Below are positions 58,404 through 64,000 of a stretch of 64,000 bases of DNA, in pieces (position 1 is the stretch's first letter; each line of letters begins with the position of its first letter). The notes below the pieces were generated by a model. That model did not search any database. It saw only the letters and a program-made list of their open reading frames with translations, and was not told the DNA's origin. A program made the translations under genes and the position numbers. This DNA is from Pirellulales bacterium (GTDB taxonomy: Bacteria > Planctomycetota > Planctomycetia > Pirellulales > DATAWG01). The stretch is taken from NCBI GenBank assembly GCA_038210495.1, contig JBBQWR010000013.1, forward strand, positions 15,310-79,309. The letters are read 5' to 3'.

Positions 58404-58484
58404 CGCCAAGTCTCCTGAGAGGAATTCGTGGGAATTCCTCTCAGGCTAGCATCCGCAGCAATACGGGCTGCACCGGACGCTTAC

Positions 58485-58750
58485 GTCAAATACGCCATCA
58501 CGAGAAGGCGCCAGCCGACGACAGGGGAAGCGACGGCGACCATGACCACGACGCATGGCCGGGCAAATGGAAGTGCGGGGCCCACCCCGATCAAGCTCAT
58601 GCCTCCCATCAACACGGCGATGGCGATGTCATCTTCGATATCTGACCTCGGATTTCGCTGCTCCAAGTAGCTGCCGAAAATCAACGTCATCAGACCGATA
58701 ACGACCACGGTCATCGCAAGCCACCATATGCGATTAGTCATCTCGATCAA
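58485..58750 (-). pseudogene. 5' part of the membrane-protein gene split by the IS66 insertion
   Basis: It encodes 3 hydrophobic helices (…IWWLAMTVVVIGLMTLIF…IAIAVLMGGMSLIGV…VVVMVAVASPVVGWRLLVMAYLT) and terminates at a TAA inside the IS end. Confidence 0.75.
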
Positions 58751-59107
58751 CTCCGGTCGCTCACCTGCAGGAGCGATTGTTTTTTAATCTGCCGCCGCTT
58801 ATCAGAGCACCCACTCGCGATGCCTAGGTGCGAACCGTTCTAGGACGCCAAACTTAACGACGGGGGCATGCCGTCTGTCATCGGCGCGACGTGCAAGACG
58901 CAACGCCGCGAAAGCAATCGTCCGTCAGAGTTTTGCGGGCGGCGCGAAGAATATCAACCGTACTCATGGAGCGACCGCATTAGTCAGCCCATCGTCCCTA
59001 AAGACGATACAAACGACACAGCCGTCGTCCGGACTCGCCAATTGCAAGGGTCCGCCTAATGATGGGACCTATACTCAATTGATGCGACTCGTTAGCAACT
59101 CACGGAA

Positions 59108-59311
59108 ATGTCACTCATGGACCGCAAGTCCACCATCTTGGCCGCCACGCTGTTTTGCTTCGTCGTGGCGGTGCTGTTCAAGAGTGGTCCCACGCGCCAA
59201 ACCGGTGACGATGGGGTGCTCTCGAAGATATTCCAAGGCGCGATCGTACTGGTGCTCGCTGTCGCGATGTATTGGATTTACTTGCACTGGTCGAGCTTGA
59301 TGCAGTGGTAG
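59108..59311 (+). CDS. hypothetical small two-TM membrane protein
   Basis: 67 aa with two hydrophobic helices (ILAATLFCFVVAVLF; AIVLVLAVAMYWIYL). No other support. Confidence 0.35.
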   Translation: MSLMDRKSTILAATLFCFVVAVLFKSGPTRQTGDDGVLSKIFQGAIVLVLAVAMYWIYLHWSSLMQW

Positions 59312-59385
59312 CGGGTTTCGCTCCATGCGCTGGGCGACTCGTCCCCACGGCGACTCGCCGGGGGCTCATGGCGGACGAGTGATCG

Positions 59386-60147
59386 CTACGCGGCCTTTTG
59401 GAACACGAGAGCCGGTGGCGACGACTGGGCGATCCGAGCTTTCGGCGCCGGCTCGCGGCGAACCGGGATCTCGCCCAGCTTGGCCGTGCCAGCTTCGGCC
59501 CAGTACTCCGCCTCGAGGGTCAATCGATTGAGAAGTCGCTCGACTCCGACGCGGTAGTTTTCCAATTGATCGCGATCGAGATTGTCAGGAATCGGGATCG
59601 CCGGGCTGGTGATAACTCTGGCGCGCGAGCCGGGTCGCGGCACGGCAAACCGGTCCCATGTGTTCGTTCGCCACGGTCGATCGAAGCCGATCGCGGATAC
59701 AACGATCGGCAGTCCCAGTTTGGAAGCCAAGAAGATCGCGCCGGCGGCCAGTTCGCGTCGCGGCCCGCGCGGGCCGTCGCAGGTGATCGCGATATTCATT
59801 TGCTTCGCTCGAATCAGCTCGCGCATCGCGGACATTCCGTGCCGGTTGGTCGAGCCGCGCACCACCAGGTCGAAGCCCATGTGGTAGGCCACGCGCGAAA
59901 GTATCTCAGCGTCGCGGTGGCGACTCATTAGCAGGGCCGTATCGCAGTTGCCGCGCAAATACAGCGGGAAGAGCAGATACTCGTGCCACAGCACGAATAT
60001 CTTAGGGCCCGTGCGATCGGGACTGGCCATGTCGGCCGACGAATCGTAATGGGCCGCCTTGTATTCGAGACTGCCCATCCAATGGCGAATCAGGCCGGAG
60101 CCCAATAAGCCGGCTGCCCCTGTCAAGATTCGGTTCATGATTCGCAT
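59386..60147 (-). CDS. DUF374 / lysophospholipid-acyltransferase-like family protein
   Basis: Internal ATG (MRIMNRILTG…). FVLWHEYLLFPLYL…LMSRHRDAEILSRV…VRGSTNRHG…ITCDGPRGPRREL…GAIFLASKLGLPIV. Confidence 0.7.
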   Translation of the reverse strand: MRIMNRILTGAAGLLGSGLIRHWMGSLEYKAAHYDSSADMASPDRTGPKIFVLWHEYLLFPLYLRGNCDTALLMSRHRDAEILSRVAYHMGFDLVVRGSTNRHGMSAMRELIRAKQMNIAITCDGPRGPRRELAAGAIFLASKLGLPIVVSAIGFDRPWRTNTWDRFAVPRPGSRARVITSPAIPIPDNLDRDQLENYRVGVERLLNRLTLEAEYWAEAGTAKLGEIPVRREPAPKARIAQSSPPALVFQKAA

Positions 60148-60286
60148 AGCCCGTTCCGGAAGTTTGGGCGATCTTGGCGAAGTGGCGCCGAAGACGGACC
60201 AAGCGGCCCAAATTGTAGAGGAAAGCTGCCAGTAGCCCAACGCCACTAACTCCCTAGGAATCAGCAAAACTCCTGGCGAGGCATTC

Positions 60287-60922
60287 CTAGGGCAGATGCA
60301 GAATTTTTGGCCACCAAGCTTCCAGTCGCAGGTGGGCCATCAAATCGCAAATCACCGGCAGCCAAACCCAGCGAGCCGTGCGCAGCGCTTCGGACCTCAA
60401 GCCGCCCACATTGATCACGATCTTGGCCGGGGTATTGAGAAGCCGCAGTTTGGGGAAAAATCGCGGCACTTTTTGGCAATAGTCGGTGAAGACCTGCCCA
60501 AATTTGTCGCCGAGCATAATTTCCTCGGCCGGCACCGTGACGCTCATGTAGAAAATCGCCGCGATCGCGAAACCCACTCCGAAGGTCAACGATTGCAAAA
60601 AGAAAGCGATCGCCAGACCCATCAGAAACGTGCCGACGTAAAGCGGGTTGCGGCAAATCGAATAGGGACCATCCGAGACGATCGTCTCGAGCTTCCGCCC
60701 CCCGATGTACAGCGTCGCCCACCAGCGAAACACGCCGCCCACGATAAACAAAAACCAGCCAATTAGGTCGAACGCGATATCGGGCCAGCTTCCCTCGGGC
60801 GCCAGCGGAGGTGATAGCACCGAGGCGATCACGAAAGGCGTCATGATGGAGATGCCAATCCAGGCCCGGGAGCGAACCCACCAGGCGCGTTTCTTCGTAA
60901 CAACCGGGTGAGCCGCGCTCAT
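60287..60922 (-). CDS. isoprenylcysteine carboxyl methyltransferase (ICMT)-family membrane methyltransferase
   Basis: 211 aa, multi-TM, with the motif …LETIVSDGPYSICRNPLYVGTFLMGLAIA… typical of the ICMT/PEMT family. Confidence 0.7.
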   Translation of the reverse strand: MSAAHPVVTKKRAWWVRSRAWIGISIMTPFVIASVLSPPLAPEGSWPDIAFDLIGWFLFIVGGVFRWWATLYIGGRKLETIVSDGPYSICRNPLYVGTFLMGLAIAFFLQSLTFGVGFAIAAIFYMSVTVPAEEIMLGDKFGQVFTDYCQKVPRFFPKLRLLNTPAKIVINVGGLRSEALRTARWVWLPVICDLMAHLRLEAWWPKILHLP

Positions 60923-61344
60923 GAAGACGCCATCCTTGGCTATCGTGCAAACTGCTTAAACGTCATTTCGAGCCGGCAGATTACCGAGCGGCGCGAACCG
61001 TGTCAAACTCAAGGGAGGAAAAATGACGCATGACTTTCCTTTCGCCTTCCGTCTCCGACCATGAACAAAAAAAGCGTCCAGCCTGGGACCGCTTCCGTGG
61101 GCCCACGCCAGGCAGGACGCTTGCGGGCTCGATCGGCAGCCATCTGCCAACCCGCCAGTTCGCAATCTCTAAGCCGTCTTGGCTCGCGATCCGTGGAATC
61201 GCTTGGGTCAACCGGTGGCCGAAGGCTGACCCGGTTTTGAGCGATTTCCACGCGGGGCGAACAACCGAACTGAAAAAAACAAATTAATGCACGCGGGGAA
61301 TCACTGTGGCCAATCGTTGACCGTCAAAAACGAGTTAAGCACTG

Positions 61345-61380
61345 CTCACAAAACCGCCGGGGACTGCCCCCTTCTCCGAG
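61345..61380 (-). repeat. terminator-like repeat, copy B (CTCGGAGAAGGGGGCAGTCCCCGGCGGTTTTGTGAG on - strand)
   Basis: Begins 7 nt after the mraZ stop, in the same orientation relative to the upstream gene as copy A at 20349-20385. There are 2 differences (1 indel, 1 substitution). Confidence 0.6.
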
Positions 61381-61386
61381 GCCAAC

Positions 61387-61875
61387 CTACTTCAATGGTT
61401 TCTCGTCGGACGCAGCAGACGCAGGCGCCCAGTTCCCATTGCTGAGGGCAGCCTCGGCGCACCGGTCGTACTCGCCCCGGCGCTGGGATAGATATTCGTC
61501 CCATCGCAGCTTGTCCCAAAGTTCCAAATGATCTTGCACGCCCAGCAACATCGCCTCCCGACCAATGCCGGCCCACCGAGCCAATTCGGGCGGAATGCGA
61601 ATTCTTCCTTGTTGATCCAACTCGACCCGCTCCGCTTGCGAGAAAAAGAGCCGACTGAACGCCCGCACGTCCGGTCCGGCGGAGGTGGCGATAGCGACTC
61701 GCTGCGCGACGACGGCCAGCGTCTCCTCCGTGTAGATAGCCAGTGATCGATCCGTTCCCGGGGTCACATAAAGGACATCCGGCAGTTGGCTTCGCAAAGC
61801 ATCGCGGACCTTTTTGGGGATGGCTAGCCGGAGCTTTTCATCAATGGCTCGCGTGAAGGCGCCGGTCAGTAGCAT
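61387..61875 (-). CDS. mraZ: transcriptional regulator MraZ
   Basis: Internal ATG. MLLTGAFTRAIDEKLRLAIPKKVRDAL… and a second …DQQGRIRIPPELARWAGI… give two SpoVT-AbrB/MraZ DxxxR-type repeats. Confidence 0.85.
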   Translation of the reverse strand: MLLTGAFTRAIDEKLRLAIPKKVRDALRSQLPDVLYVTPGTDRSLAIYTEETLAVVAQRVAIATSAGPDVRAFSRLFFSQAERVELDQQGRIRIPPELARWAGIGREAMLLGVQDHLELWDKLRWDEYLSQRRGEYDRCAEAALSNGNWAPASAASDEKPLK

Positions 61876-62057
61876 CTTAGTTTCACCACCGGCCCCCACT
61901 CGTCCCCACCGATGCCAATAACATACCCACGCATTCGCTCCCGTCAAGCCAATTTTTTCGTGCGGTTTGCCGAAAGGGGACGTGGAGGGTGGTGGGTGGC
62001 GAGTGGTGGGAGTACGAGGCACATTAGCCGTGGCATCCTGCCGCGGAGTTCGAGCAT

Positions 62058-63194
62058 CTATCGCATGAGGATCGTCCGATAAAACGATTCGTAGCTGGAA
62101 ACCATGCGATCCAATGAAAATTGTTCGATGGCTCGGTGGCGATTTCGATTTCCGAGCGATTCACGCTGCGCCGTATTCGTGGCGATTGTTATCGTTCGTT
62201 CGATGAATGCCTGTAAATCGCCGGCCGGAACCACTTGATCGTCGGAAGCCAATAGCTCGGAAACGCCTTCAACATCCATCGCGACAACCGGCCGACACAT
62301 GGCCATTGCCTCCAACAGCACGTTCGGCATTCCTTCCCACCGCGATGGCAAGAGCAACAAATCCGCCGCCGCTAGCAGAGGCCGTGGGTCGGCAAGCCAG
62401 CCGATCGTATGCACTCGATCGGCGATTTTTAGCTGGGAGATACGCCTCGCGATCGTGGTCATCAGCGGACCATCGCCAACGATCAGCACGTCGTGTCGCG
62501 GTAGTCGCTTAAGCAGTGACGGTAGCTGCTCGACTAGCCAATCGATTCCCTTTTGTTTATCTAAACGTCCGACGAAAGCCAGCGCTTTTCGGCTGTCGGG
62601 AATTCCAAATTGCCTGAGGTCCGCCGCTTCGCCGGAAAATATTTTGACTCCGTTGGGGATCACGTCAATTTTGCTTGCCTCCAACCCCACTCGGTTAATC
62701 GCAAATCGCTTGACCCCCTCGCCGACCGCGACATGCCGCAAAGCGGCCCGCGTTACCACGCGCTCCAGCCACCAGCGCCATCGTCGAGCAGGTTCGGCGA
62801 CTCGCAGCCCGGTGACGACGGCGATTCCGACTCGGCGAGCCGCCAATGCGCCGAGCACGTTGGCGTGCCAAAGCCAAGTTTGCACGAGTCTCGGTCGGAC
62901 GCTCCGCAGAAGTGAGCACAGGCGTCGATAGGTTCTCGGCGCATTCCAAGTCGATCGAGCGTCAAGAAAATGAACAGGGATGCCGCAGGCCTCAAGCCGC
63001 GCCGCGAGCGGTTCACCTTTGACCGACCGAGCGGCGAGACTAATAACCGTGGGCGCGAACGAGCGGCGATCCAAGCGCGTGACAAGTTCGACGAGCATCC
63101 GCTCCGCTCCACCGGCTTCCAGGCCGGTAACGCAAAACGCGATCGACGCCGGCGCAGGACTGTCAGGCATGGCGAGCCTCTCGCAAACAATCAA
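62058..63194 (-). CDS. glycosyltransferase family 4 (GT-B, group 1)
   Basis: 378 aa. …FCVTGLEAGGAERML… at the N-terminus and …LLLPSRWEGMPNVLLEAMA… (EX7E region) at the C-terminus. Confidence 0.8.
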   Translation of the reverse strand: MIVCERLAMPDSPAPASIAFCVTGLEAGGAERMLVELVTRLDRRSFAPTVISLAARSVKGEPLAARLEACGIPVHFLDARSTWNAPRTYRRLCSLLRSVRPRLVQTWLWHANVLGALAARRVGIAVVTGLRVAEPARRWRWWLERVVTRAALRHVAVGEGVKRFAINRVGLEASKIDVIPNGVKIFSGEAADLRQFGIPDSRKALAFVGRLDKQKGIDWLVEQLPSLLKRLPRHDVLIVGDGPLMTTIARRISQLKIADRVHTIGWLADPRPLLAAADLLLLPSRWEGMPNVLLEAMAMCRPVVAMDVEGVSELLASDDQVVPAGDLQAFIERTITIATNTAQRESLGNRNRHRAIEQFSLDRMVSSYESFYRTILMR

Positions 63195-63263
63195 TTGGGC
63201 GGGGCAAGTGCGCGCCCCGCACGGGATCGTCTATATTGACCGTCCACCAACCTTCAGGCACGC

Positions 63264-64000
63264 ATGTCCGATCTCGACGCATACGATTACGAATTCCCTC
63301 GGCGGTTGATCGCGCAAGAGCCGCTGCCCAATCGGGCCGACGCCCGGCTGCTGGTCGTGCATCGCGGCGACGCGACCTTCCAGCATAGCCACGTTCGCGA
63401 TCTGCCGCAGATTCTTCGCTCGGGCGACCTGCTGATTTTCAACGACACGCGCGTCGTGCCGGCACGGCTGGTTGGTTTTCGGACCTTAACCGCCGGACAC
63501 TGGGAAGGGTTGTTTTTACGATCGGATGAGCAGGGGCTATGGCGACTGCTCGCGCGGTCGCGCGGCAAGATGGCGATCGGCGAAACCATCACGCTCGTTA
63601 ACGCCGCCGGCGCGGACGACGTTCGTTTGCGGCTGGTCGAACGCGCGGAGGATGGGGTGTGGGTTATGCACGCCGAGTCGGACGAACATACATTCGCTCT
63701 CTTGGATCGCATCGGCCGGACACCACTCCCGCCGTACATTCGGCACGGCGAAATGCTGCCGGCCGATCGCGAGCGGTATCAAACGATCTACGCGCGGCAA
63801 CCTGGGGCCGTCGCGGCGCCGACGGCCGGATTGCATTTCACTTCGGAGTTGCTGAAGCGACTCGAGGTCGGCGGGATCGGCCACGCTTATGTGACTCTGC
63901 ACGTCGGGCTGGACACGTTTCGACCGATTTCCGTCGAGCGGCTCGCCGACCACCCAATGCACAGCGAATGGGGCGAACTTAGCGAGACCACGGCTCAGAT
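63264..64000 (+). CDS. queA: S-adenosylmethionine:tRNA ribosyltransferase-isomerase (3' end runs off window)
   Basis: Absent from the track because it has no stop in the window. Manual translation gives MSDLDAYDYEFPRRLIAQEPLPNRADARLLVV…LLIFNDTRVVPARL…GRTPLPPYI…RYQTIYARQPGAVAAPTAGLHFT…. Confidence 0.9.
   Translation, partial: MSDLDAYDYEFPRRLIAQEPLPNRADARLLVVHRGDATFQHSHVRDLPQILRSGDLLIFNDTRVVPARLVGFRTLTAGHWEGLFLRSDEQGLWRLLARSRGKMAIGETITLVNAAGADDVRLRLVERAEDGVWVMHAESDEHTFALLDRIGRTPLPPYIRHGEMLPADRERYQTIYARQPGAVAAPTAGLHFTSELLKRLEVGGIGHAYVTLHVGLDTFRPISVERLADHPMHSEWGELSETTAQ

Larger units (their letters stand above)
55855..58484 (-). mobile_element. IS66-family insertion sequence, intact (tnpA-tnpB-tnpC)
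   Basis: Perfect 22-bp terminal inverted repeats GTAAGCGTCCGGTGCAGCCCGT at 55855-55876 and (reverse complement) 58463-58484. An 8-bp direct target duplication GTCAAATA lies at 55847-55854 and 58485-58492. Confidence 0.95.

Noticed and set aside
60950-61345. Small ORFs (76-85 aa) and an SD-like GGGAGG + ATG at about 61014-61024 in the mraZ-downstream spacer
   Set aside because: The ATG after the SD opens only a 13-codon ORF. The longer ORFs overlap each other on both strands with biased composition, so there is no basis to call a gene.
1-64000. CRISPR arrays, tRNA/rRNA genes, prophage or defence islands
   Set aside because: I found no regularly spaced direct repeats, no tRNA-like T-arm/acceptor patterns and no phage structural or recognisable defence genes on reading both strands. 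This was visual only; tRNAscan and CRISPR finders were not run.

Overview
This is a visibly G+C-rich chromosomal segment that looks planctomycetal. The indicators are a BBP7-type beta-barrel protein, several DUF1080 fusions, a PEP-CTERM protein, a secreted protein with an N-terminal 'EQLEARRVLA' motif, and giant TPR and HEAT proteins. About 45 genes can be supported. Housekeeping genes include leuS, glgC, queA (partial), yggS, mraZ, a fabF-like KAS, a fused macB-type ABC transporter and a partial HtrA protease. No tRNA, rRNA or CRISPR array was seen. Many long ORFs in the track are antisense shadows of the real genes.

Observations worth a second look:
1. 10782-16205 (- strand): a compact operon with three small helical proteins that carry a WXG100-like 'W-x-[DS]...(+8) hydrophobic' hairpin motif. 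They are followed by a 1378-aa membrane FtsK/SpoIIIE ATPase with three P-loop modules, only the middle one canonical. This is a type VII secretion-like locus in a diderm planctomycete.
2. Two tandem paralogous APC-permease/USP fusion genes (KimA/YdaO-like). Each is preceded by its own leader matching the ydaO-yuaA (c-di-AMP) riboswitch core.
3. An intact IS66-family element (tnpA-tnpB-tnpC, perfect 22-bp terminal inverted repeats, 8-bp target duplication GTCAAATA). It splits a membrane-protein gene, and precise excision restores the ORF in frame.
4. Two families of short intergenic repeats: paired REP-like palindromes, and a 37-nt terminator-like element.
5. A decayed hybrid histidine kinase remnant next to a PilZ gene.
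6. Two Wza-like export paralogs that share an upstream palindrome.
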